A DNA stretch of 64,000 nucleotides, taken from NCBI GenBank assembly GCA_951406725.2, contig OX597818.1, forward strand, positions 42,470,001 through 42,534,000. Reading direction: 5' to 3'. The translations under genes were made by a program, and so were the position numbers. This document shows positions 29,224 to 41,145 of this stretch, in pieces. Below the pieces are notes generated by a model. That model had not been told where the DNA came from. It saw only the letters and a program-made list of their open reading frames with translations, and searched no databases. The first letter of the stretch is position 1, and every line of letters begins with the position of its first letter. The stretch comes from Octopus vulgaris (taxonomy: Eukaryota).

Positions 29224-29876
29224 GTACAGTAATCCCTCACCATGGAGGCACAATGACCCAGTGGTTAGGGCAGCAGACTCGCAGTTGTAGGATCGCGGTT
29301 TCAATACTCAGACCAGGCGTTGTGAGTGTTTATTGAGCGAAAACACCTATAACTCCATGAGGCTCCGGCAGGGGATGGTGGTGAACCCTGCTGTACTCAT
29401 TCATCACAACTTTCTCTCACTCTTTCTTCCTGTTTCTGTTGTACCTGTATTTCAAAGGGCCAGCCTTGTCACACTCTGTGTCATGCTGAATCTCCCCCAG
29501 AACTACGTTAAGGGTACACGTGTCTATGGAGTGCTCAGCCACTTGCATGTTAATTTCACGAGCTGGCTGCTGTGGAGTGCGCAGCCACTTGCACGTTAGT
29601 TTCATGAGCAGGCTGTTCCATTGATTGGATCAACTGTAACACACATCGTCGTAACTAACGGTTAACCTATTACAGTTCACCTATCATGGTTCACCTGTTG
29701 CGGTTTATTATTTAAGCTTATGTCAATTATTCTGTGGTGTAATTTTGCATTTATAATAAAATAAATACATACAAATAAAAATAATTTTAAAAAATACAGT
29801 ACAGTACTGTTTCTACTTTGTGGATTTTCACCTGTTTTGGAATGTAACAACTGCGATAGTCAAAGGATTACTGCAT
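29224..29876. mobile_element. Tigger/pogo-like MITE interrupted by a SINE
   Basis: Ends tacagtaatccctc and aaggattactgca; SINE B inserted at ~29240. Confidence 0.6.
29240..29660 (+). mobile_element. SINE family B
   Basis: Matches 38315-38697, with an internal ~40-bp duplication. Confidence 0.88.
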
Positions 29877-29879
29877 GTA

Positions 29880-30535
29880 TATATGTTTGTATGTACGATT
29901 GTATATATGTATGTATGTATGTATGTGTGTATGTATGTGTGTATGTATGTATATATGTATGTATGTGTGTATGTATGTATGTGTGTACGTATGTATGTGT
30001 GTATGTATGTATGTATGTATGTATGTGTGTGTGTATGTATGTATGTATGTATGACTGTATGTATGTGTGTATGTATGTATGCATGTATGTATGTATGTGT
30101 GTGTGCATGTATGTATGTGTGTATGTATGTATGTATGTATGTATGTATGTATGTATGTATGTATGTGTATGTATGTGTGTGTGCATGTATGTATGTATGT
30201 GTGTATGTATGTATGTATGTGTGTATGTATGTATGTATGTATGTATGTATGTATACACATGCATAAATACATATATGTGAGGAGGTGCTGAAAAGTTCCT
30301 GGCTTTAAGTGTATTGTGAAAGGCCTGGTTGGTAGCCCAACCTTCCAATTTTTTTTCAGGGCTTAGAAAATCTGAAGGTTCACTGCAATATGTGTGTGTG
30401 TATGTATGTATGTATGTATGTATGTATGTATGTATGTTTGTATGTGTGTATGTGTGTATGTATGTATGTGTGTATGTGTGTATGTATGTATGTATGTATG
30501 TATGTATGTATGTATGTATGTATGTATGTATGTAT
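29880..30535. repeat. (TATG)n microsatellite containing a duplicated MITE end (30277-30390)
   Basis: Direct reading; 30260-30390 is repeated at 30566-30698. Confidence 0.9.
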
Positions 30536-30584
30536 TCACGTGCATAAATACATATATGTATTCACGTGCATAAATACATATATG

Positions 30585-30796
30585 TGAGGAGGTGTTGAAA
30601 AGTTCCTGGCTTTAAGTGTATTGTGAAAGGCCTGGTTGGTAGCCCAACCTTCCAATTTTTTTTCAGGGCTTAGAAAATCTGAAGGTTCACTGCAATATGT
30701 GCGTGGATCTGAGAGAGAAATATGTTGAATAAAATCATAATTAACTGATCCTCCTGTATTTCTTTTAACCAAAGCAAAAAACTTTTCAGCATCCCC

Positions 30797-30799
<3 letters not shown>
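30585..30799. mobile_element. Mariner-type MITE
   Basis: TIR-like gaggaggtgttgaaaagtt and aacttttcagcatccccttg. Confidence 0.65.
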
Positions 30800-30843
<44 letters not shown>

Positions 30844-30859
30844 TGTTTGTGTTTGTGTC

Positions 30860-31005
30860 TGGCGCCACACGATCTTCAATACAGTCAGCGAGTTTGAGGA
30901 ACAAAGAGACACACTTAAAGACAAGAGATGTAGAAGGAAGGTGCAAGTTGCCTCTGCCATCACTCCAGATGTTACCTTCGTCTGTGGACACTGCTCACGG
31001 ACCTG

Positions 31006-31008
<3 letters not shown>
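30860..31008 (+). mobile_element. RTE-BovB-like C-terminal fragment
   Basis: WRHTIFNTVSEFEEQR...FVCGHCSRTC. Confidence 0.7.
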
Positions 31009-31044
<36 letters not shown>

Positions 31045-31278
31045 TTTATTTTTATTTATTTATTTATTTATTTATTAAATATATATAACTATCAAAAAGT
31101 ATTAAAAAGTTTAAAATAAGATATTAAACTTTTTAATACTTTTTGATAGTTATATATATATTTAAAAAAATATTATTAAATAAATAAATAAATAAAAAAT
31201 AAAAATAAAAATAAAAATAAATATATATATATATATATATATAAATTTATAAAAATAAATTAATAATTTTAAATTTTT

Positions 31279-31314
<36 letters not shown>

Positions 31315-31619
31315 CATGCTAGCATGGAAAGCGGACGTTAAATGATGATGATATATATATATATATAAATTAATAATTTTTAATTTTTAACTTTAAATTT
31401 AAATAATTTAAATTTCGAATTTTATATTTTATATATTTTGTATATTATATTAATTAATTTTATTTCTATGTTTTGGCTTATGTTTTTCCCTATTTGATTT
31501 GCTTAATAGTGGTTTTATCTCTAATTTAATTTATATTTATACTGTACAATTAGATTTAATCCTAAATTTAATTTTTCCCTGTAAGTTTGGATTTACTCCC
31601 TAATGTTATTATTATTATA

Positions 31620-31755
31620 TATTTCTATCGAAGAGCGTAGGCTCGAAACGTAAAAGACTTGTTCTATTTGTATTCCTGAGCGCCATACTAATACATTTGT
31701 TTGTTTGTACTCCACCTGCCTTCGTCTTTTGTTTATTTTCGTAAACCTTCCCATT
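31620..31755 (+). mobile_element. PLE 3' terminal fragment with HHR-like motif (family of 27228-28180)
   Basis: gaaGAGCgtagGCTCgaaacgtaaaaga...tcctgagcgccatactaatac. Confidence 0.7.
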
Positions 31756-31780
31756 ATATATATATATATATATATATACA

Positions 31781-31811
<31 letters not shown>

Positions 31812-32159
31812 TCACCCGCACATGCACACAGCAGATAGAAACACATGCAAATACATATGTTCACATATAAATGCATGAATATACATACTCACATTTACTG
31901 ATCATACATGTATAAATACACACACACACACACAAATGCCCATACAATCAATAACACATGTAACTGATGTACCCAGCTGACATATACATCTGTATGTTTG
32001 CTCATGTGAGTGCCCACACAACACATGCATAGCCATCAGACACCCACATCCACACACTCATACATCAGATATAAACACAGACACACACACCCCCACCCCA
32101 CCCCCATTCACACAAACACACACTTCTTTCAAACAATATGTCCCACCCATCTGTGCTGA

Positions 32160-33030
32160 ATTCTCAACAGCATGCTTCTGAAATTGGATATACCTTTTGA
32201 TATTATGTTACAAATATTGCACAGACAGCACGTGTAAGGTTTCACGTTTCTTTATATGTCTGCAGTAGGGAGTTTATGCTTCTGCCCCATACAAATGTAG
32301 GCTCAAAATACAAGTTTTGTATATACTTGTTGTTTTCAGATTGACACCATGCTCATCCCACAAACAATGGGAAAGTTTTCTAAAAGAATTTGTAGCTTTA
32401 GATATTCTAATATTGATTTTTTTCATCAAGGGTATTCCTAACCCTTTCGTTACCAACCCGGCTGAAACCAGCTCTGGCTCTGTAGTACTAATGTTTTATT
32501 TTCATAAGTTTTAAATTAAAATCTTCCACCAAACCCCCGTCACAACTTAGCTTAACGATGACTAAATCATTTTACTAAATTCTTTGTTATCATCATCATT
32601 TAACGTCCGTTTTCCATGCTAGCATGGGTTGGACGGTTCGACCGGGGTCTGGTAAGCCATGGAGGCTGCACCAGGCTCTAGTCTGATTTGACAGTGTTTC
32701 TACAGCTGGATGCCCTTCCTAACGCCAACCACTCCGTGAGTGTAGTGGGTGTTGTTATATTCAAAATAATTGAAAGAAACACAAAGCATCTCAAAATAAA
32801 AACAGTAACGAAAGGGTTAAAGTTCACTGTACACCCAAGATATTTAACTGATCTGACCCATTCGAGTGGCTTGTTATCAATCATCACAGTTGAATCTTGA
32901 GTATTCTCTGCTCTAGGCTTTGGGTGGAATAAAACTTCAGTCTTGCTGCTGATAATCGGTGCAAATGTTCAAGCTACCACAACAAACCTATTGACTACTT
33001 CTTGTATGAGATATCAAATTGAAGCCTGCA
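32160..33030 (-). mobile_element. Decayed RTE LINE fragment split by a piggyBac-type MITE
   Basis: IDNKPLEWVRSVKYLGCTVN, then INIRISKATNSFRKL...LYGAEA. Confidence 0.7.
32442..32816. mobile_element. piggyBac-type MITE containing an RTE-tail repeat (32588-32750, minus)
   Basis: TIR CCCTTTCGTTAC / GTAACGAAAGGG with ctaa / TTAA flanks. Confidence 0.75.
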
Positions 33031-33039
33031 AAGTCATGT

Positions 33040-33260
33040 ATTGGGTTGTCCGGAAAGTTCATGCCGATTTATAGTAGCTTACTTTTCGACTTATTTGAGA
33101 ACATGGTTGAGTCCATAAAATAGGATTTGACTACACCTCCATTTAGAGCACAGTTTAAGCTATATTTTCGTGGAAGAAGGTTTATGTTCCTATAACCTGT
33201 GTTAATTCTGTAACCCTTTAAAATGGAAGATAAGAAAGTTCATTTTCGGTACTTGATACT
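33040..33260 (+). mobile_element. Mariner 5' end
   Basis: ta-ttgggttgtccggaaagttc TIR-like end, then MEDKKVHFRYLIL truncated by (TA)n. Confidence 0.65.
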
Positions 33261-33265
33261 ATATA

Positions 33266-33336
<71 letters not shown>

Positions 33337-33354
33337 GTGTGTGTGTGAGTGTGT

Positions 33355-33686
33355 TTGTCATCTAAGGGACCATATGTCAGGGAAAAGATTCATTTCTATA
33401 TCTGTCAGTAGAGAGTGTATGTTATCCGAAATGTATAGTATCAAATATCTATCACAGCTGGTCTTATCAATCAGTTTCGTGTAAAGAATACAATGGAGTG
33501 TTAGGTAAAAAACCAATTATATAATTAACGCACATTGGAGTTAGCCGAACCCTTCCATATTGGCTAACTCTGATGAGCGTAAATTATATAATTGGTTTGT
33601 TACCTATCACTCCATTATATTCTTTATACAAAACCATTTGGTAAGATCAGCCATAATAGATATTTAATACTATACATTTCAGATAA
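33355..33686. mobile_element. Second head-to-head double-hammerhead element (cores mutated)
   Basis: Same arms, tail and right junction (agataa|tgtgtg) as 26181-26519, with a shorter spacer. Confidence 0.85.
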
Positions 33687-34224
33687 TGTGTGTGTGTGTA
33701 TGTGTAAAGAAGCGTTGGTTAACAACTTTACATACAACACCACCCCTGAAGCCTTTAATCATATATAAAACAATACCATGGTCTACAAATACATAAAAAA
33801 AAAAATAATATATATATATACCTAAAATCACAGAAGGTAAAATATATATTCTAATAAAATACAAATAAAATAGCTTATCAAAATTTAAATATAATGACTA
33901 AAAATTCAAAACTACCAGAAAACCTAATGGACAAATATAAAATAAAGATAAAAATAAAATAAAATAAAATAAAATAAGTGACCACTGACTAAAAAGATTT
34001 TATCAGATCATTAAATTATTTTTTAAAAATTATTAAAAAAAATTTTTTTTTCAAATATTTGAAAAAGTCTTTTACTTCCCTCACACAAGTACGCCCAAAG
34101 TTCATAAGTATGCAGATTTCCACAGGTCAAATTCACATACATCTTGAAAAAAGTCTTTTACTCCCCTCACACATTCAGAGTTCATAATAAACAGGTATTA
34201 CTGGTCAAATTCAACATTCACAAA

Positions 34225-34306
34225 TATCTATGGCCATTTCGGTAGCTCAGCACCGCTGTTCATTTACATTAAAGTGCATCACAGCAATGACCCCCTCATC
34301 AGGATA
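34225..34306 (-). ncRNA. Type I hammerhead with long stem II
   Basis: TATC-CTGATGA-GG..CATTGCTGT...ACAGCGGTG..CC-GAA-ATGGCCAT-A-GATA; palindromic stem III. Confidence 0.75.
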
Positions 34307-34979
34307 AACACAAAACATGCATAGATCAAAACGTCTTGTGAAAAGCTTATATAATTAAAGAAGAACCCATCAGCGGACCAGTCCAAATTTTCTATAGAAA
34401 AAAAAAGAAAGACTCTTGCTAAACACTCACGTGGCTGTAGTTAACAAAAATTTAACCTCACTGGTCTGAAATCCCCATAACGCTAAACAATTTTATTGCA
34501 TCTATTTTCATTTCTATATACTTTCAAAAAGGTGGACAAAAACCTATGGTCGCAAAAAGAGATCACCTCAGCAAATCTATTTAAAGTTTTTGGCCCAAAA
34601 GACTTGAAGATTGCTAGGGATTCCTTTACACACAACTTACACTTATTTATATTTGCTCTGAAGTAAAGGGCTCTATGTATCTATAATTACTTAGAAATGT
34701 ATTTAAACACACATCATATATATATTTATATACATAAGTATATTTAAAGCAAAATCTGAAAAATATTTTTCTAGTGCTTGGGGAAATAAAAAACAAAGAG
34801 AAGCTGGCTTACTGTTTTAAATTGTGTTACCACCATGACAATAGTGACAGTGTGAGAGAGGAACACAGAAGGAGAGAAAGGGAGAGAAAGGGAGAGAGAG
34901 GGTGCAGAAAGAGGCAGGGGAAGGTATGGGGAGAGAGACTATAAACAAACAATGACTGAAACCCCAGCATAGTTTCTTT

Positions 34980-35029
<50 letters not shown>

Positions 35030-35081
35030 CAATTGAGAAAAATTTAGAGTCAACAAGGAGTACAGTTGATCATTTATTTTC

Positions 35082-35189
35082 TATCACTACAATTGTTTCT
35101 ATGCAATGTAGTTCTCCAGGCATGCAGTTACTTGATTATGCAAACGTTTCCCTGCATTATGAGATTTAGTTGTGTTTCCTCAGGCGATA
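35082..35189 (-). ncRNA. Type I hammerhead motif with ~75-nt stem II insertion
   Basis: TATCGC-CTGAGGA-...-GAA-ACAATTGT-A-GTGATA; the base of stem II pairs poorly. Confidence 0.6.
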
Positions 35190-35519
35190 TGTAAATATTG
35201 TCTCTATAAGTTCAAATTCTCAACTTCAAGAACATCCTCTCTGTCTGTTGTAGCCTGAATTTAGTTGTAGTCACTGAGTTTATTAAGGTGTGTTGTTGCT
35301 AAAGGACTATAAGCAAACTGTTTTGAATATGTAGATGTAGTGGGATGGTGACTCTGCTACTGTTGAGATGGTTTCTGTTTTAAAGAGATTGGTATTTGAT
35401 TTCTTTGTACTGTTGATTTTTGCCCTTATTTATAAGTTATTTATAATTTTCACCATAAAAGGTATTTTTAATATGCTGGCCACTGATAAAATTTTTTGAA
35501 AATTTTATCCTATATTAGA

Positions 35520-35551
<32 letters not shown>

Positions 35552-35553
<2 letters not shown>

Positions 35554-35872
35554 CTTCTTTCTGATGATCTCGCGAGATCATCAGGAAGAAGTCCAGCGTG
35601 AGGGATGTCATCGCAGAGTATACACACAGCAAGTTTAGATGGGCTGGACACGTCGCACGGCTCACCGATAATCGGTGAACCCGTGCAGTTGTCAAGTGGT
35701 ACCCGTGCGAACGGAAATGACCACCCAGAAGGCCTCCACGACGGTGCAGTTACGATTTCAGGAGGACGATTGGGATCACGTGGATGAGAAAGGCGTGATC
35801 CAGAGAGGAGTGGACAGTGTGCTGTGACCAGCGGTGTCAAATGGACGCCCGACGGACTGGTCAGTTAAGGTG
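35552..35872 (+). mobile_element. RTE-like LINE 3' fragment with a short 5' fold-back
   Basis: SKFRWAGHVARLTDNR...RRPPRR; the 5' end ttctttctgatgatctcgcgagatcatcaggaagaa is palindromic. Confidence 0.75.
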
Positions 35873-36555
35873 ATATATATATATATATATGATTAATTTT
35901 AAAAAACAGTGGAAAAGGAAAAGAAAAAACAAAAAGAAGATGTAGCACAGGCAATGTATTAATGTGACACTCAGAGAAAGAAAAGAGTAGTTGTTTTACG
36001 TTTCAAGTATAGCTCTTTTTTGGAAACAGGAAAAACAGGAAAGTCTAAAGGGAAGAAGGAAGAGAAGGAAGAAAAAATCGCTAATAATCTGCGAGGTTGT
36101 TGTGTAAGGCTGGAACAATGCAAGAAGATACAACGTAAACAACAAAAGGAAAAGAAAACAGGACAAACTTGTAAAACAACTGCTTTTCCAACTACATCTT
36201 TTTCCAAATGTCCTGAAGGTGTCTCACCTCAACATATACAAATGCAAGGTAAAAATGCAACTTTGTTTATAGAGAGGGAGTCTACACCTGCTAACATGAA
36301 CAGACACGCAGGCATATTTAAACTTAATGTAATCTAATCTTTCTTTAACATGTCTTACCCTGTCTCTCTCTATTTTTAAAATATTTTTTACAGTTTATAT
36401 TTTTATGTTTATGATTATTTTGTTATGATTATCTAATATTTAAGGACAATTGTACCTAGCCCCATTCACTGGTTGTTACTAAGATACAGCAAGTAAACAA
36501 CAACATGCCTGCGAGAACTCAATATATTTAGCAGTACACTACTTTATGTATGTAT

Positions 36556-36660
36556 GTACCTGATGTGACCCAGACTGCAATGATTGATCCAACAGAATTG
36601 GATGCACAACATCCCATGCATAAAGAACAGCTACAGAAAGGGCCGAAACGATCATCATAC
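36556..36660 (+). ncRNA. Degenerate hammerhead motif
   Basis: CTGATGt-GaCCC...GGGCC-GAAACGATCaTC; several mutations, probably inactive. Confidence 0.4.
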
Positions 36661-36705
36661 TGAATAAAAGACTAGTACCAAATCTGTCTTCTGTTTCCTT
36701 CATCA

Positions 36706-36767
<62 letters not shown>

Positions 36768-36780
36768 CATTATTATTATT

Positions 36781-37160
36781 TCCTTCTTTCTTCAAATTTT
36801 CTTCCGTTTCTCGCCGAATGTTTTCTGTACACCTAGGGCAGAGAAGCTCATTGAATGCATTCCCAGATTACATACGCAAATTCACAGGTAAAATATGTAT
36901 TTAAAAATTAATAAATAAATTCATGAATGGATGTTGTTTTCACAGCGATAATGCTCTTCTCAGTACATGAGCCTTTCCAGTTAACATGATTTTTTGCACT
37001 TCCTGTAGGGATGGTAAGTCTGGTATCATTTTCAAATAGGCTTCAGTACTTGTTTTTTTTTATCATTCCTAGAGATCCTACAATCACTGGTACTGTAGTT
37101 GCCTTGAGATGTCACATTTTTTTCAATTTCTATTAGCAAGTCTTTATATTTACTGATCTA
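36781..37160 (-). mobile_element. R4/Dong-clade non-LTR element 3' end inside (TAA)n
   Basis: KYKDLLIEIEK..VPVIVGSLGMI..LQEVQKIMLTGKAHVLRRAL*; long (TTA)n on both sides. Confidence 0.8.
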
Positions 37161-37175
37161 TTATTATTATTTTTA

Positions 37176-37267
<92 letters not shown>

Positions 37268-37271
37268 TATA

Positions 37272-37680
37272 TTCTTTTACTTGTTTCAGTCATTTAACTG
37301 TGGCCATGCTGGAACACTGTCTTAAAGGATTTTAGTTTGTTAGTTGAAGATATTGACCCTAGGACTTAGTCTTTGTAAACCTAGTACTTATTCTATTGGT
37401 CTCTTTTGCTGAACCTCTAAGTTATAAGGGACATAAACACACCAACATCAGTTGTCAAGTGATTGTGGGAGGACAAACAGAGACACAAACACACACACAC
37501 ACACATGCAAACACACATGCAATGGGCTTCTTTTAGTTTCCATCTACCAAATTCACCCACAGGGCTTTGGTCGGCCCGAGGCTATAGTAGAAGACACTTG
37601 CCCAAGGTGCCACGCAGTGGGACTGAGCCCAGAACCATGTTACTGGGAAGCAAGCTTCTTTCTACACAGCCACACCTGTA
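37272..37680 (-). mobile_element. SINE family A
   Basis: Reverse complement of 19379-19860. Confidence 0.88.
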
Positions 37681-37706
37681 TACATGCATACATACATACA
37701 TACATA

Positions 37707-38127
37707 CATTTGTCCTACGAAGAAAGGCTGAGGACGCTCGACCTTTATTCTCTTGAAAAACGCCGCCGCCGTGGTGATCTCATTCTCGCCCACAACATTA
37801 TAAGCGGAAAGTGTAACCTCTCGAAAGAGCTGTTCTTCACTCCTGCTCCAGAGCGTCGGCTGCGGGGTCATTCCGAAAAGCTCTACCTGCGACCATTTCA
37901 TCTCAATCGAAGGAGAGGAGCTTTCTCCGTCCGGGTTGCGGATCCGTGGAACAAGCTGCCAGACGAGATGGTGAAGATGCCGACGACTGCTTTGTTCAAA
38001 GCCTCCCTGGACCTCAAGTGGCCTGAACTCCTTACATGAACACCACCCTGTACTTAACTCCATGTCCCCCTACATGGCCTTGCTATTTGCTTTTGAGCCA
38101 AATTAACTAACTAACTAACTAACTAAC
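37707..38127 (+). mobile_element. CR1 LINE 3' end, open frame, (TAAC)n tail
   Basis: LSYEERLRTLDLYSLEKRRRRGDLI...LRGHSEKL...FSVRVADPWNKLP. Confidence 0.9.
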
Positions 38128-38314
38128 ATACAAACATACATACATACATACAGTGAGAGAGAGGGAGAGACAAGTGGGTATTAGTGAAAAAGCAAGTGAA
38201 GTATTTTAAGTGTGTTTGCTTCAAGGAAAATACTTATTCTAATAACGACAGAAATTGAATTAGGCTAAAATGTTGTTGAAAGAGATATCTTAATGAAGAG
38301 TCTATGATGCATTA

Positions 38315-38697
38315 GTGGAGGCGCAATGGCCCAGTGATTAGGGCAGCGGACTCGCGGTCGTAGGATCGCGGTTTCGATTCCCAGACCGGGCATTGTGAGT
38401 GTTTATTGAGTGAAAACACCTAAAGCTCCACGAGGCTCCGGCAGGGGGTGGTGATCCCTGCTGTACTCTTTCACCACAACTTTCTCTCACTCTTACTTCC
38501 TGTTTCTGTTGTACCTGTATTTCAAAGGGCCGGCCTTGTCACTCTCTGTGTCACGCTGAATATCCCCGAGAACTACATTAAGGGTGCACGTGTCTGTGGA
38601 GTGCTCAGCCACTTACACATTAATTTCACGAGCAGGCTGTTCCGTTGATTCGGATCAACCGGAACCCTCGTCGTCGTAACCAACGGAGTGCTTCCAC
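38315..38697 (+). mobile_element. SINE family B (tRNA-Arg-like head) with 11-bp TSD
   Basis: A box tggcccagtga, B box gtttcgattcc; TSD atgatgcatta at 38304-38314 and 38698-38708. Confidence 0.92.
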
Positions 38698-38924
38698 ATG
38701 ATGCATTAATACAGTTTTATATTTAAGAGATGAGAAATTATGTACAGTATTTACATTATTTAAATTTGACAGATATTTGTCCTCATCTTGTTTGTTGTTA
38801 ACACGTTTTGGCTGATATACTCTCCAGCCTTCATCAGGTGCCTTGGGGAAATTTAGAACCTGGGTTCTCATTCCTGAGGTATTTTTTGATGTTGTTATTA
38901 TTATCATTATTATTATTATTATTG

Positions 38925-39170
38925 GCATCCTTTTCATCTCGGGAGACAATGGAGTTGCGCATTAAATAATCAAGTCCGGTTTTTACATTTCATCTTTTTA
39001 CATTTCATAATACATCTCCTGCTGTGGCTGTATAGTCCTATCCTGGACAAAACACTCCCTCTAGCAGGTGCTGCAAATGTAGCGAAGACTTTGCTTGGCT
39101 GGTTGTAACGTCATAGTTTCTTGTTGCCGTCTTTTCTTGTCTTTCCATTTCTCCCCCCTCCCTCTGTCAC
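38925..39170 (-). mobile_element. RTE LINE 3' end inserted in the (TTA)n of the left unit
   Basis: KWKDKKRRQQE...YICSTC*REC..SRIGLYSHSRRC. Confidence 0.7.
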
Positions 39171-39437
39171 TCATTATTATTATTCAGGTCACTGCCTGGA
39201 ATCGAACTTGGAATCTTGGGGTTAGTAGCCCACACTCTTAACCACTATACCTTATGCCCATGGGCATATGGCATAGTGGTTAACAGCACGGGCTACTAAC
39301 CCCAAGATTCCAAGTTCGATTCCAGGCAGTGACCTGAATAATAATAATGATAATAATAATAAGAAGAAGAAGAAGAAGAACAACAACAACATCGAAAAAT
39401 ACCTTAGGAAAGAACCCAGGTTCGAAATTTCCCCAAG

Positions 39438-39481
39438 ACACCTGATGAAAGCTGGAGGGTATATCAGCTGAAACGTTGTGT
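39438..39481 (+). ncRNA. Minimal type I hammerhead (mirror copy 38801-38841, minus)
   Basis: ACAC-CTGATGA-a-AGCTG gagggtatat CAGCT-GAAACGTT-GTGT; the mirror has GGCTG/CAGCC but a G12A change. Confidence 0.75.
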
Positions 39482-39698
39482 TAACAACAAACAAGATGAG
39501 TACAAATATCTGTGAATTGTAAATAACGTAAATACTGTGTGATACATTAATTTAATTAAAAATGATTTCATAAACAGAAATTATATTCCATATTTTGGAA
39601 GTTCGTGAGTCAAGAGAGATAAAAATCTCATTAACAAGTAACATTGTATAAGCACACACCTGCAAAGGCTGTCCAGAGAAAAAGACAGGACCTACAAA

Positions 39699-40092
39699 TC
39701 TATATATATAAAGCTGAAGTTGTCTGTGTGTGGCAGGTTTGGTAGCCTTCAACTAACACTATCTCCTCCGAGACCCTGCGGTGCAAATTGACCAAAATTG
39801 AGAGTATGCTAGAAGAAGGCTTGCTCTTCATTCGGTAGAAGATAAAATTCAAATTGGACTATGTTAAGACCAAAAATTATATACATCAAAAAGGTGTTTT
39901 TTTTCTATGAAAATCCCTATTTTTACGATATTTTGACTGCTGTGTGGCAATTTTTTGTGTATTTCAACCAGAAAAATGTTCACTTAAAGAGAATAACAAG
40001 TTGCATAATGCAAAATATGTACTTTTCAAAAATTCCAATTCCAATTCTAAAGGGTCGAAACAAACCTGAGCAACGCCGGGTGATACTGCTAG
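39699..40092 (+). mobile_element. Non-autonomous Helitron
   Basis: A|TCTATATATATAAA...cctgagcaacgccggg hairpin...CTAG|T. Confidence 0.85.
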
Positions 40093-40590
40093 TAAATGAT
40101 ACAGAAAAATAAACTTTTAACCACTCACACTCATACATGTACATATGCATACACATAGACACACACGTTCTCTCTAATACACATATTCATGACACCAACT
40201 ACAGTACACAAACTTGCATATGCACACACACACATACACACCAGAATGCGCACACATGTATCAGAATGTACACATACTAAAATGTACATTCATGCATACA
40301 AATGCACACACACACACACACACACATACATACAAACTCTCATATTCTCTCTCTCTCTTCCCTTTTTACATACATTCTCATTCATATGCATAAATATGGA
40401 ACCTAAAATTAAAAGACAGACAATCCAGAATCTGACCAGGCGTAGAGAGAACATGTCACTGAAGAGATCATAAATGGCAACAAAAAGACTTTGAGAAACA
40501 CAACTGGCTGTCTGATTAACTGAATGATTAATCAAACAATCAAACTATCAATTAGCTAATTTGTTAAATGGTTAACTAATTAACTAGTAA

Positions 40591-41145
40591 TCTATTATAT
40601 AAAATCCGTTCTGTCTATCTGTGTGTGTGTCTTCTAGGATCTCGGGCATCCTCCATCCAACTGCGCCCAAATTTGATATGTAAATACTGACGGTATCAGG
40701 GCGTGTATAAGTCTTGAAAATATTACAAAAATCGATTCCAGGTGAGAATGCAATCGATAAAGACGTTTTTGTCCTGCTTTTCTTCCGTCAACCTGTACAT
40801 AACTGCACTTTGCATTTTTTGTTGTTTTTGTACTGCTTAAAGGCACGTTTCTTTCCTGCCAAGCATACTATTTAAACCATGTTTGTGTTCTCCCAGTCAA
40901 CAGCCTTATTATTACTGGTACTTTAAACTCTTCGGCTGCATATTTGTGTGAATAAAATCGTTTTTCTTTGGAAGAGAAAAAAAATCTTTATTTTTTCTTT
41001 TGCTGGTGTCTCAAATTTAGGTTAAATCAGTGTTTCTCAAAGGGGAAGCCTATGAGACGGTCGGACAAGTTGTTTTGAGAAAATTTGGTTTAAATGCTTG
41101 ACAACTCAGCACCATCCATTGGACAGGGTGGGGGCGTTTTGCTCG
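40591..41145 (+). mobile_element. Non-autonomous Helitron-like element
   Basis: A|TCTATTATATAAA...tccattgga hairpin...CTCG|T; second copy at 25030-25582. Confidence 0.75.

Larger units (their letters stand above)
38709..39540. mobile_element. Palindromic element of two head-to-head [tRNA-like head-(TAA)n-hammerhead] units
   Basis: Centre atgcccatgggcat at 39260; 39186-39259 pairs with 39262-39335; 38741-38897 pairs with 39385-39539. Confidence 0.85.

Noticed and set aside
35561-35590. CTGATGA on both strands
   Set aside because: Part of a short palindrome at a LINE 5' end; no GAAA half.
39262-39335. Possible tRNA gene
   Set aside because: No good acceptor stem; present as a diverged inverted pair inside a repeat, so treated as a SINE head.
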